A stretch of DNA of 64,000 nt from positions 31,806,001 through 31,870,000 of the forward strand of contig CM060733.1 in the NCBI GenBank assembly GCA_030704615.1. Reading direction: 5' to 3'. The position numbers and the translations under genes are program-made. Origin of the DNA: Takakia lepidozioides. Its lineage: Eukaryota > Plantae > Bryophyta. Below the pieces are notes generated by a model. The model searched no databases, was not told the DNA's origin, and was given only the letters and a program-made list of their open reading frames with translations. Shown piece after piece: positions 13,950-27,300 of this stretch. Within the stretch, counting starts at the first letter, position 1, and each line of letters begins with the position of its first letter.

Positions 13950-16200
13950 TGTGAAACCGCGTCGGAAGGCACGGTCTCGTGGAGCTCCTATCAAAGGTCC
14001 GGCAAGACGAAGTGCCCGACTCGTCACCATGACTCGAACAACTGCCAAGCCCAAAGTAATTATTGACATAGACGACGACGATCCTTACCTCCCACCACAA
14101 AAGGGAGCAGTACAGGAAGGGACTGGGGATTCAGCCGACTCCATGTCGGAGGACGCAGATGCAGGTGCAGTGGCGCACGCAGGGAAAAAACGTGGTGCAG
14201 GCACACCATCTCCATCTGTGAGTGCATTTTATGGGCATATTTGTAGTCTCTCACCACTTATTCCGAAGGTGAGCACAACCTCATGAGTGCCGAATAGTAT
14301 CATGCGGACTTCATTAGGGGCCATGATCCGGGGAGGGATTGTCTAAATACTTGGCAAATTTAATTGCGTGTCAATATTCTTCTTATTTCTGTTCTATCTC
14401 TTCCGTGCTTTGTAGGTCTGTCCCTCATTTGCATGTTTGGTTTCGAAGGGGGTATGCTGTCATAAGCACATTCTCTGTCTAGATTCAGCGTGTGCATTTC
14501 TGTCTGTCCATTTTCTGAGTGGAGGAGCTACACATTGCCCATGTGCATGTGGCCCCCATATTCCATAGCACTATTTACAACTTTGTAAACAGTAGGTCTC
14601 GTATGTTGAGCACATTCCATCTTTTCTCACAGCTTTTAGGTATGCCCCTCCCTACTGCATGCTTGGTATGGATTTCAGGCAAAACCCATACATAAAAGGG
14701 GTCGGAAAAGTCTTGGGCGCACATCATTGAAGCCAATCCAATTTGGCCGATTTTCTAGCCAAGATCTGTCTGATTTTTGGGTAATCAGACCTGTACAAAT
14801 CATGCGTACTGTTTATACTTTATGACACCTTTATGTCATGATATGGTGTGGTCCTTGTAGTTGGATTTACTTGGCATTGTGTTTCATGTATGGAAACCCA
14901 GGGCAAGCAAAAACAGAAGTAGAAAAATGCCACAGGAGTCGGCCCTCAGTCCCCCCAGGTTTTCCATACTCAGCCACCAGTACCAGGCTCTCAATATCGC
15001 TCCATGCCTCAGTACCCGGCTCCCAGCAATGTGGAGGGTTAGTACGCAACGGCCCCCCAACACAATTATGCAGCTGGCCATTATGGCCCTTATGCTCGGC
15101 CTCCTCCATATCGCCCACCTCCTCCTCCTTATGGAGGTGGCAGGCCACCTGAATATCCTCCGCCGTATGCACAGGTCCCATATGACCACTATGGATCCTC
15201 GAGTGGTTCCCAACCACCATGGCCACCGATGGGTAGCTGGCCGAATCAACCCTTTAACGTTCCCGCACAGGTGCCAGCGGTTCAACCTGCAGGGGATGTG
15301 GTTCAATCAAAGGCTGACAGAACCAATGCCTTCAGACGAGCAAATTATGCTGTGAAGGCCGCGACATATAAAGTGAAGGAAGAAAGAGAGGCAGAAGGTC
15401 TTCCTGCAACTGTAGTTGTTGTGAACAAGGCATGAAAACCAGTTGGTCAAACGAGGAATGTTTGACATGCGGCCCTCAAAGGTCACGTTCATCGTATCTG
15501 TGATCCTTCTATAGCCATCAACTATCAGCCTGATGAGATCATTGAAGAGCTCAAAGAAATCCTGGCCAAGCTATTTGAATATGTCCCACGTGACTTGGAT
15601 GATATTGCATTGCGAAACACAATAGGCACAATTATGAAGTCCCGACGGCATGACTTGCACAAGGAATGGCAGAAAGGTTGGGGGAAACCCATGGACGTGT
15701 CTGATGAGCATTGGAAGAGCCTCACCTCCTACTGGAATACAGAACAATACTCCAAAGTGTAGACCCACTTGAAGACATCAAATGCCTGCATTCAAAATCA
15801 CACCAAAACGGGCTGGGGAGGGAAGGACAGCATGGAGGCACGCTTAGTAAGAACCCTCATGAGCTTTCTCACTGTACTCCTCTCAATATATTCTATGAAT
15901 GCCAATCTTTAATGCTGGTTTGCTTATGGTTTAGTATTTCAAGCAATTTTGGAGCTGAGCTTTAGTATAAAATTATTTCTGTGCTGACATGATTGTTCAA
16001 TCTTGACGTTGCATTATCTTCAGTGGTTTTGTTATGGTTTTGTATGGTTGAGCCATTGAGTACAAATTGCACATTGGCTTCATATTGTTTGTTGTGTTGG
16101 GTTCATATGTAGGAAAGAGAAACCGGGTGCCCCCCTATGTTGGCTGACATACAAGAATACTTTGTCTCAAGGATGTCAGCTGGGAGCGATAGGCGGGTAA
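13950..16200 (+). pseudogene. Putative second (TnpA-like) gene of the CACTA element, divergent from the transposase
   Basis: Exon-like basic/acidic (13951-14217), Pro-rich (~14928-15300) and helical segments (P.DVSDEHWKSL..YW) separated by T-rich intron-like stretches, all inside the CACTA end. Confidence 0.5.
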
Positions 16201-17560
16201 GTGAGACTCAACAACCATGTGCTTTCAGTACATGTGTGCCTTGTGTATTATAGCACGTCTGGTTGCTCAAGTTCTCAGTGAATGATTGAAGTGTTGAAAG
16301 AATATATGTACTCATAAGAGTGCTAATGTGTTGATTGACAAAACTGAATTTGGTACCTCTAACCACTTCCTGGTTTGGACTAAGATCTGTTGGGTTTGGG
16401 TTTGTTGATTTTCACTATAAGCCAACATTGTATCCCTAGGACGGCCCTATTTGGCCAGGTCTAAGTCCATCAAGGGGTTTAGTAGAGGGTTAACACATTC
16501 ATGTAGTCATAAGCTTATATGACATGTCATCAATGTGTAGTAGTGGTGTAGTCATTTAGTCATAAGCTTATGTGGCACGTGTCTGACATGTAGTATTTCG
16601 TATGACTACTAGTTATATAAAACAAACCTATATTCTTGGTCAACACTGTTTGACCGCGGCTCCTAGTCATGTAGTAAAATGTATGACTACATTAGATTAA
16701 AATATATTAATATTCGCCCAACAATGGGTTTCATCACTTCGTAGTCACACATATAGTCATGATTACCAAGGTTTATATCACCCGTAGTCATAAAAACGAT
16801 AATATGTAGTAGTGTCCATAAACGACAAAGAACAGCCTAGCATTTTGTAGGCGATCGGCCCACAAACAGGCTAAATACTGTGGATGATATTCAAGACCGG
16901 AGTGGGAGTTGACCTCAGAGACATCTGAATTTGGTTCGAGGTCGCTTGGAGGTTGAAAGGTCTGGACATGGGAGGTCGGATAGGGAGGACGGTTCGAGCA
17001 CTGATCATGGCAATGGTGGTGAAGTGGAGGGTGACTCGTATTTTCAGCCCATCGGAGCATCAAGATTAGGATTTTTTTCGTCCCGTCGTCAAAGCAGTAG
17101 AAGGAATTGACGCAAAACAACTTTAGACATCCAACAACACACTTTTACCCAGAATGTCGGCCAAGACATCATCACTTGCTTATGTTTGTGTTCAGTGTTT
17201 TGCTTGTATAATGAAAAACAATTGTGCCAATGCTTTCAACTCTGCACAAAATTGTCGGTTGTCGGTTGTCGGTTCTCATGGCGGTCGCTTAATTTTTTAA
17301 TTTTAATTTAAATGAAGCGGTTGTTTCTTTTTTATTTTAATTTAGAAAATGAGACGACCACCATTACTGGCGGTCGCTTTAATTGATATATTTTTTGTAA
17401 ATGGAGCGACCGCCATCATTGGCGGTCGTTTTCTTTTTAAAAAAAATAAAAATGCAGCGATTGCCATTACTGGCGGTCACTTTTACTTTCTACTTTTTTG
17501 AAAATGGAGTGACCCCCAATTGGATTTGACGGTCGTTTTTATTTTTTATTTTTTGTAAGT

Positions 17561-19190
17561 GCAGAAACCCCCAATCAAAGACAGTGTAAACCTAATTATT
17601 TGCTTGAAATTCATTTAAATTATATTTAATCTAAATGGGTTGAAGGGTGAGCGCGTCGTTGGGGAGTTTTCTTCTGTTGTATCTCCGCACATGTGTTGCA
17701 TACATATTCAAGCACATGCGGGCAAAAGTTGGGCTTCAACCACATCTGTTCAATGGGCGCAATAGCCGTTCACCCATAATAAGATTTTTTTCTTCCCAAT
17801 GAACAAAATTGGATGACAGATGAACGCTTCATTGGCCCATCGAATGAACTTTGTTTGATCTCATATTACCTTGGGACCTGTTAGATGGTACATTGAACAT
17901 ACTGGCAAAATCTAAAAGCGAACCAAAATCATTTGGATAGACAACCATCCGTTGAGCCATTGAACGAATTTCGATTGATCTCATATTACACTTGTTAGAT
18001 GGTACACACTAGCAAAGTGTCAAAGCGAACCAAAATCATTTGGATGGGTAACCATCCGTTGAGCCATTGAATGAATTTCGATTGATCTCATATTAGTCTA
18101 GGATTTGTGAGAGGGTTATTGAACATACTGGCAAAATTTCAAAGCAAACAAAAGTAATGTCGATGGAATATCATCCGTTGACCCATTGAATGAATTCCGT
18201 TTGATCTACTATTACTTTGGGATTTGTTGGACTGCGTTTCGCGTGCACATGATTTTTTTTTAATTCTATTTTTGAACCATATGTCTAATGACGGCATATG
18301 CAACGTGCATGCCAAATTCGGAAGTGAATAAAAGTCATTTGGACCCAAAACCACAAAATTTTCCCTTATTTTCACTCCAAACTTAATTTGTTTTCTACTT
18401 CATGCATTCTTTCTACAATAGTGAGCGAAGAGAACATTATTATTATTATTATTATTATTATTTAAATTAAATACTTGTAGCGGTGTGAGCTTGGTTGAAG
18501 CCATAGAACAAGATTTAGCCAAAAACAAAAATTGTTACGTAGCAGAAACCCCCAATCAAAGACACTGTAAATCTAATTATTTGCTTGAAATTTATTTAAA
18601 TTCTATTTAATTCTAAATTGGTTGAAGGGTGAGCGCATCGTTGGGGAGGCAAATGTTTTTCCTTCTATTGTATCTCTGCACATGTGTTGCACACATATTC
18701 AAACACATACATGCAAAAGTTGGGCTTCAATCACATCCGTTCAATGGGTGCAATAGTCGTTCATCCACCACATCCATTATTTTTCCTAATGAACAAAATT
18801 GGCTGACAGATGAACGCCTCATTGGCCCATTAAACGAATTTTTGTTTGATCTCATATTACTATGAGACCTGTTAGATGGTACATTGAATATACTGGCAAA
18901 GTCTCAAAACGAACCAAACTCATCTGGATGGGCAACCACGGGCCATTGAATGAATTTCAATTGATCTCATATTACTCTGGGACCTGTTAGATGGTACATT
19001 GAACATACTGGCAAAGTCTCAAAGCGAACCAAAATCATTTGAATGAGCAACCATCCGTTGAGCCATTGAATGAATTTTGATTGATCTCATATTACTGTGG
19101 GACGTGTTAGATGGTACATTGAACATACTGGCAAAGTATCAAAGCGAACCACAATCATTTGGATCCGTTCAGCCATTGGATGAATTTCGA
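17561..19190. repeat. Duplicated block (17561-~18230 vs 18542-19190) containing ~119-bp tandem units
   Basis: GCAGAAACCCCCAATCAAAGAC begins both blocks; TTGATCTCATATTAC...GTTAGATGGTACATTGAACATACTGGCAAA recurs several times. Confidence 0.85.
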
Positions 19191-19191
19191 C

Positions 19192-19456
19192 GGGAGATCT
19201 CTCATACTTTCCACAAATATGCACGGTCATCCTGTATTTGGATAAAGAGAGAATCACGTTAATGACAAGAGGTCTTTTCTACTACTGATCAGAGAGATCA
19301 TGTACTTTGAAAAATAATGTATATTACTAGAAATATATCAACTAATCGCGTATTAATGTGTCTCTATTATGAATTGTTATAATTATATAATTAATATCTT
19401 ATTATATGTATTATTGTCATTTTCTGGACTTTTGAAAGTCCAAATTTAGTTAAAAC
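19192..19456 (+). repeat. Left arm of a long inverted repeat flanking the P450 gene
   Basis: Its reverse complement aligns with 25384-25590 (outer part) and 24592-24650 (inner part). Confidence 0.8.
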
Positions 19457-19459
19457 TGA

Positions 19460-20190
19460 GTTCAATGCTCTTCTCCTCGGAGAGGAAGAAGTAGTTCCCC
19501 AAATAAAGTTGCGAACTAAGGTCTTAATTTGAGTAACAACATCATTTCCAGGGAACCACACCGCTGCAGTAAACCAAGTAGAAGCTAATAGGACCTGGTT
19601 TGTAGTAAGAACTTTGCCCACTATCAGGAGATGAAGAGAACTCCAGTGGAGCAGCCTTTTTTTTAACTTAGAGATTAGTGCGGCACATTTGGTATAATCC
19701 GAGATGTCATGTCCAATAAGGTGACCCAATAGGGTATGCGATTGGCTAGGCTGAAGCCATCTGAGACCAAAATCCGAACCCCATGGAGCAATATGAGTGT
19801 GAGGGGAAGAGTTGTTGAGCTTGGATAGAATAGCCACACATTTGGGCCAGTTCACCTTGAGACCCGAGGCAGTACATAACAGCTGAAGTGATTGCAAGGT
19901 GCAGGAAACATTATCCATGGAGCTATTATCGACTAGAAGTGTAGTGTCATCTGCATACAAAGAGGACTTAATCGAGAAGGGGCTGGGAATAGATCTAGGG
20001 ATTTCAAGACCCTTGATATCCGGGTTTGAAGCAAGAAGGTGGCTCAATGAATCGGCAGTGATCAAGAAGAGAAAAGTGATCAAGAAGAGAAAAGGGGCGA
20101 GCAGACAACCCTGCCTAACCGATCCATGAAGAGAGAACTTAGGAAGCAAATAAGGCCCCGTTAATAACCACCCTACTAGAGGCAGAGAAT
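19460..20190 (-). mobile_element. L1-clade LINE reverse transcriptase fragment
   Basis: VRQGCLLAPFLF, YADDTTL, SGLKVNWPK and downstream LLG...GKVL..NQVL...RNFIWG motifs. Confidence 0.9.
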
Positions 20191-21395
20191 AATAGAATTC
20201 TATTTTCAGCTTAGAAAAACCTACTTAAGTACTATTTTTTCTTATTAAATTCCTTTGAAAAATCTATTTTAAATGAGGGCGGAGGTCCGCTCTCTCTCCA
20301 CTATCTCACTCGCTAATTCCATCTTACGAGGATTCTGCCAATTGTCCATCCTCCTAGTTGACTTTACCACTCTTTTTTAATGGTTCAACTACTTTAGCCT
20401 TGCTTATCTTTTGCTACAATGCTTATGCCACCATAGTTCATGGCCTCTCCCTCCGTCTCTAAGGTCGTGCTAGTCTACGGTTCTCTTTAGCTTCAAACTC
20501 TACTACCTTTCCGACAACACCTCTCTTTTACCTATTTTTAAGTTGTTTCTTACTATGAGTTCTTTTGTAGTTGTAGAGTCATTCTCATCTTTGAACTTTC
20601 TACTTTAATAGTCATTCTTTGTGTGGCCCTTCTTGTTTGCTTGGGGTCTTCATGTGCTCAACCCATCCATAGTTTGTCAATTTTGATGATCCAAGGCTTC
20701 TGAAAAGGCATTCCCCTGATAAACTCACAGTGACTGGTTACATATACCCCGGCTATACCTTGGACCCCGGGTTTCGAACACTGGACCTACCCCCTACCTA
20801 CCATACCAGTCTAAGTATGAACTATTTTCATACTCGGCTTGAGACCCTATTGAGGATTGATGAACCCAAGCTAGCATGGGTATGTGTAATGATACAATTT
20901 TTTTGTGCTTATCCTCATTCACATTTGTGCAATGTAAAAAATAGCACTACATCTTTGGGCTCCCAGCCGCTGCATCATGTATCCCAACCACTACAACATG
21001 GATCACCATAATATAACCATGTACCAAAAATATAAATTTATAAATAACAACAGGGGTTTGTGGGTACAAATATAAAAAACATGTAAAAATAACATGAAGT
21101 GAACATTAAAATATCATAATATATAAGGTAATTGTCGAAGATACCAGTCCATTAAAAATATAACCATACCATTGTACATGCTGCCCCAATATGTCATTTG
21201 AGTCTTTGTCATACCCATGCCCAGAGCTCAAAATTCGAAAAACCCATACCCATCCTATAACCCACCCTGGCCAGTCCTAATCTATCTCGGGCCCTGCCAG
21301 TTGGACCCAACAGCCAAGTTGGACTTACCAGGACCAGTCGGGTATGCCAAAATGGACATACCAGTACAACACTGCAGTGGAAAATACACACCCGA

Positions 21396-24265
21396 TTAGG
21401 ATGTGAGACGTTGCAGAAGGAGGGGCATACCATACTGAGGCCTGATTGTGACCAGACTAGTCGGGGCATGGCGGTACGCAGGAGAGAGGCGGAAAGAGAA
21501 GCGTTGGAGCACCATAGCCAGCACCACTTTGGCCTCCATCACTGCAAAATTCTGGCCCACACATACCCGGGGACCCATTGAGAATGGCGAGTACGCTGCC
21601 GGATATTTGCATGCTTTCGATATTCCTTCTGCAAACCGTTGGGGCTTGAATTCGTTGGCATCCTCACCCCATTGCTCTGGATCCCGGTGCGAAAAAATTT
21701 GGTTGGTGACAACATTGAGTCCTTTGGGGATGAAGAGATCGCCCAGCTGCATGTCTTTGGTAGCCTCCCGACCCAAACCGGTAACGGAAGGGTAGAGTCG
21801 CAAGGATTCGAAGAGTACCATTCCCACCTGCGAATAACGCAGATTCCACACTGACACTGTTAATATCGTACTCAGAAAGGATCGATGTTTGAGACTTACA
21901 TAACATCGACGTTTCCCCAGCCGAGTGCAATACTGGTGCTAACCTTGTGCTAGCACGAGCATGGAATAGTGAGGGAATAGTGAAGCTCACAAGTTTCAAT
22001 TTGTTGAGGTGCTCCGCATTAGGAAGGGCGCCTTTGCAAACTTCCTGTACTTCTTTACGCAGACGGTCCTGCCACTCAGGATAGACAGACAGTAACATGA
22101 TCGTCCACGACAGAGTACCCGCCGTCGTCTCGTGCCCGGCGAGGAAGAAGGTCTTGCACTCATCCATCACTTGCTCACTTGTCAGTCGAGCCTGTGTAGA
22201 ATCAGTCTTGTTGTTGGCCTCGCTCTCAGTCAACACCATACCCAGTAGATCACTTCCATATGACCCAGCCTTTTCGGACTTTGCTAAGTCATGGCGAGAT
22301 TGGATGATCTCACTGAGCTCCTTCTTGATCTCATTTCGTATTCTCCAAATTGCTCGATTTCCTGCTACGGGAAGGAACCTGCGCAACCACCATTGAGCAA
22401 CTGGGTGCCTCGACATGTCCAGAAATTATTGTGACAAAATCTTACTTGAGATTAACGGGCCATGCGCCAAGTGATAAGAAGTATGTGCTACCAATACTTC
22501 TCTAGGACTGTTGAGGGACTGTTGTTATTCTACAAGCCTCTATCTAATGCTAGGTGGCCGATATATAAGATTCAGGGACATTTCAATGTGTACACGTATA
22601 ATGCATAATGAAGATTATGAGCATGCATGCCTCCCGCATATTGGATCATTATATGACCTGATCTTGAGAACATCGTAACATCTAGAGGAAGTGTGTGCAG
22701 CAAGACCTGTAGCCTGGGATCCATATAAAACGTGCTGCCTTCATAGCCAACTTCAAAAGTTCTGCTTGTTTCTCAAATACTTTTATTCCAAGCTTGTAAC
22801 TAGAGCCAAAAGCTGTGCGAGCAATAATATCTGCTGTAATAGTTCCAAACTGGTGGAATGCTTCGATCTCGGCTTCACCGGATTTGGAATCATTCACAAT
22901 TCTTTCCCACTCCTCCATCTTCAGTAAAGTGCTTGTCGCAAAGGCCCCTACCATCGCCTGCAGTAGATCACTCGACTCATGATGTGTTCACACATACATA
23001 TATATAAACACCCGCCAACAGTATTACAGTAATCTATATATAGCTCTAGCTCTCTATTATATAATATAGCAGTGATTGTGTTGGAAAGAAGGTATCACAT
23101 TCGAGTAGTTTTGTGCATATGCATCGTTCTTAGAAACTTAGATCACAAGCTCATAGATCTCGAAAATCAAACCTTCAGCTTCTCAGTGTGAAAAGCAGGG
23201 TTGACTACACGCCGCTGTTGAGTCCAGGTCGAGCCTTGCGCGAATATCAGCCCCTTCCCAAACAGAGCTCCTACAAATAACCGCTGCATTGGGGATTTGA
23301 TATAATCGTTATTCTTGCTGAAGATTTCCCTCGTCTGCTCAGGGTCAGTTATCAGTATTCTTGCCTCTGGACCCCAGTAGAAAACAGTTGGTTTTCCTGC
23401 GAGGACGTCCAAGGTCACATGAAATCAGGCAAAGAAATTATTAAGTTCCACAGGTTCCAAGACATCAATGATCAGATCCCTAGTATATATAGATACAAAT
23501 TTTGGATTTCAGAACTTGCTATATAGGTTAGAAGAGCAAGCTGGAGCATGCACGTGTTTTCTGCTTGGCTCTTGCTCCAACTGTGCTACGCTCACTAGAT
23601 CTAGACGTCAGGTCGGAGTAGGAGGGATCAGTTCAAGTTCTCGATTAGATTAGATAGTACACCTGAAGCCTTCGCCATCTCTTAAGTTCAACAAACGATT
23701 TAATGTGTCAACGTAGGCAAAAATATTCCGTTTTATCGAGTTTCTCTTCCTATCTCTGTTTAACAGGGAGATGGGTACTAGTAGGAACTTGCAAACGGGG
23801 CGGAGATCTGAGGCTCATTCATTTCAGGTCCGCGTTCATTGTTTATGCATGAGCTATAGCAGTTTGTGTGGACGACCGAGCAAGATAGGAGAGTATTCAA
23901 GAGTTCGACGAGCAGCAAAAATCTCGACGTTGATCAAACAACAACGTACCTGACTTTAGCATCGGTTCCAAGTAGGGCTCTGTGCGCCAGAGTATATCAT
24001 GGTTTGTGGGCCCATCGATATCTTGAGTGATGGCTTTCTCTTGCGCCGTATACATTTCCCCCAGATTGCCTATCAATGGACGGAATGGCATGCTTTTGAT
24101 TCCTTGCTTCTCCATCGCCCATTTGATATATAAAGGTTTCAGAAATACATACCGCACCACACCAACCAGCTTGGATATTACGAACAAGAGTATTACTGTC
24201 CCCAAAGCAGCTGGTAAATGACCCCATCCCAAAGCATCACTTTGTTGGGTGGGAACCTCCTCCAT
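21396..24265 (-). CDS. Cytochrome P450, CYP72 clan; intact, 5 exons (24265-23950, 23396-23173, 22957-22707, 22378-21991, 21827-21396), 536 aa
   Basis: N-terminal membrane anchor, WTQQRR (C-helix), AGHETT (I-helix), ESLR (ExxR), PQRF and heme motif FSMGPRVCVG. Four GT-AG introns with phases 1,0,2,0 give a continuous 1611-nt frame, the layout typical of the CYP72 clan. Confidence 0.95.
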
Positions 24266-24591
24266 TGACAATAGTACACTAGCGAGATGCAGAATGAACT
24301 CCACCACAAACAGCGAATAGCCTAATCATTCACCTTTCGTGCCTAGGAGGTCACAGTCGGGAGCAGCTACTTGCATACGTAGTCCACAGCTTTATGGATC
24401 AAAACTCTTGTACATGAACAACGAGAGATTTGAGTAGAGCACCTAAATCTACGTACCTTCCACACCGTAGCACTATGTATGGAGCTTCTACACTGCATGC
24501 TTAGCAAAGCAAACGGACTAGGCAAAGAGTAGTTAGATCTTTTCGATTGGCGTGCCTTTTCAATCCGGGAAAAAAAAAAAGTATAAAACTT

Positions 24592-25590
24592 TGTCTTAAC
24601 TAAATCTGGACTTTCAAAAGTCCAGAAATAACAATAATCACTATATTAAGCGATACGTTTGTTTTGTTTGATTGTTTTGTTTCGTCACGTTGAGATGTCC
24701 TAAACAGCGGGCTGGGGCCCAGCCTTGGTGCTTCGAAACGTTGGAAAGCCCTCCTGGACTAGGGGTGCACCGACTTGGTGTAGGAGATGTGGAATTTCAA
24801 GTACTTTTGGTCGTCGGAAATTCGTGAAAAATAGCAAAGTGGGCATTCTTGGGACAATGATTGGAGCCTCGACAGGAGAGATATCAAGGGAAAGGTCTCC
24901 GGTTCAAATCTGGTTGTAGGCTTTGTGGAAAAAAAAAACAATTAGACTTAGATGACATTGGACACGTGGGCCAACGGCACAGGCTACCCTAGAGAGAGGA
25001 GATACAATAATGATAGAATATATTACTACTCAATAAATTCATGGAAAAAAATTAATCGGGCCTTGACATGGGAGACGTGCTTGGATACATAGGAGATTAC
25101 ACTTGGGCTTAGATGACACTTGGGCCAATGGCACAAGCTACCCTAGTACATATAATAAGATATTGGAACATCTTCCTTTCCTCGTTTAGCTATGCTACTC
25201 GTCATTGATTGTCATAGAATCCGTCACGCTTGTTGTGTGTTTAGGCCTCATGGCGGTCTTGGGCTCATTAGAGTTTTTTTTTTGTTTTTATTTTTTTCCC
25301 TCAATAATCCTTAATAAAATTAATCCAGGGCCTCTGTCCCCTGTTCTATAAATAAATAAATAAACAATTAATAATATATATAAATTAATAGGCGATTGGT
25401 TGATTTATTCCAAATAATATACATTGTTTTTCAAAGTACATGACATCTATGATCAGTAGTAGATGAGACCTCCTATCATTAACGTGATTCTCCCTTTACC
25501 CAAATACAGGATGGCGTGTCATGAACGTGATTCTCCCTTTACCCAAATATAGGATGGTGTGCATATTCATGGAATTAGGGGAGATCTTTT
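24592..25590 (-). repeat. Right arm of the inverted repeat, split by later insertions
   Basis: 24592-24650 and 25384-25590 are reverse complements of the inner and outer parts of 19192-19456. Confidence 0.75.
24655..25150 (-). repeat. Copy of the interspersed repeat family that fills 59.2-64 kb
   Basis: Shares GGTGCACCCC, ACCAGATTTGAACCGGAGACC and GGGTAGC.TGTGCC motifs in reverse orientation. Confidence 0.8.
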
Positions 25591-27058
25591 GTCCTGGGCG
25601 GGACTCATGATTCTTGGAGGCTTGGTTGTAAGTTGTAACCAAGAATCATGGTCACCTTGTCAAGCCTTGGTTGCATGTTGTAGATGTTAGTGTTGTTTGA
25701 CGTCGTAACGAGATCAGCGCCATCAGGATGTGTTGAAGATGAATCCGGCGTGGTAGATAGTGCGCATGCCTGTCGGATGGTGAACAAGACGAACGCTGAG
25801 CCTGAAAGTGACATAAGTTAACCTTGAAGCGGAGGTGCAGCAAATGTAGGCATGGGCTTCCTCCACCAGGTATAAACTAGTAGCAGCAGCGTAAGGGAGA
25901 TGTTAGGGTGGGAGAAAACATCAAGTTGGGAGCAATATTGTAGTGCGATACATGTGAGAAAGATTGATGGGGGTGCTTTCTGCAAATCATGAGAACGAAG
26001 CGGAGCCCGAAAATGGAGACTGGTACGCCTAACAGAACCAGAAATCGCCATTCGGGGGCCAAGTTGGGGGGCTTGCTCAACAACTAGGGCCATATACCCA
26101 ACTGGTATGTTTTACAATACCCTTACTCATATCAAGGCACATATCCCGGCCAGTTGGCACGTACCAGTACAAGACTGGTATTTTCTATGAGCCATGAATA
26201 CATTTAAGCATGAGCATAGCCAAAAATAAACATGAGTAGAACATATTCAGGAGAATATTCCCAAATTTAGGGTTGTGTGAAGCTGCATTTCGGCAATTTT
26301 TGCAGTGAAAATGAACAAGACGTTCCCGGATATCAGGATATTGGAGGTAGGTTTGGATGCGTAGGTAGGTTCGGGGGTTTCCCTAATTCTAGAAGTCGGT
26401 GTCGGCTTCCACAATACTCTAGTCTGCCAACGAGTTGGGGGCTACCACGGGAATAGGTCTTCATTGTATAACCGCGGACAAATTTGACCATTTCATGACG
26501 ACTGCCAGTCCATTTCCGAGAAGTCGACATAGACTTGGTTGCCCATTTTTTGCCTGCAATGTATATTGCATTAGTTTAATATGCAAGCAATTATTTATTT
26601 CTTATTTAATTTCTAGAAGTTGTTGTTGAGAAGTCGGCATAGACTTGTCGGATGCCGTAGTGTTATATACTGTAAGTCGGCACAGACTTACCGATTCCCA
26701 TGCCACCATGAAATGCGTTCGGCATGACTTTCCATCTTCATGCACACCACCTCGGTAAACGTCATAAAATAGGAAAATATCAAAAAATCTAGTTGTCTTG
26801 CAATTTCAAAATGTGGAGCATAGACGTAGAATAACACTGGGGGAGTCACAGACCGCTCATCAGTAAGTCGGCACATACTTACAGAATGGCACAAGACCAT
26901 TTCTTAGAAGTGGTAGCAGAAGTGGCAACAGACTTAAGCTACGAAATTTACTGTTTTTGAAGAATGAACAATGCAACGAAAACCAGAACACAAACTAACA
27001 CCTTAGGCAAATGTTCCTCATCCGCCCTCGCAGAATAAGGCCCAGGTTTGAAAGGGGG

Positions 27059-27300
27059 TGTGAGGATTGGACGATGGTCCAAGAGTTAACTAGGGCCCAC
27101 AGGGAACGTGAAAAGCTTGTATTAAGGCTGCGGAGAGGGAGAAGTGTCTAGTGGCAAAGACAACCTTCTAGAAGGGTCCCACCGCTGAGGGGTCGGGCTT
27201 CTAGAAGTTCCCACTGCCTCCGAGAATTTATAAAGAGACCTGGGTTCTCTTTATAAACTTTATCTTTATCTTTCCCTCAGAGTCTTACTATTTGTTCACA
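27059..27300 (+). mobile_element. Short 3' LTR (~242 bp) with upstream polypurine tract, abutting a gag gene
   Basis: TGTGA...TCACA inverted termini, preceded by GAAAGGGGG. The neighbouring gag frame is cut at 27301. Confidence 0.6.

Larger units (their letters stand above)
9500..16814 (-). mobile_element. CACTA (En/Spm) transposon; only one terminus found, left boundary approximate
   Basis: Ends in ...ATATGTAGTAGTG at 16814 (CACTACTAC on the minus strand) after a cluster of TAGTCAT/ATGACTA subterminal motifs. Contains a Tnp2-type transposase. Confidence 0.8.
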
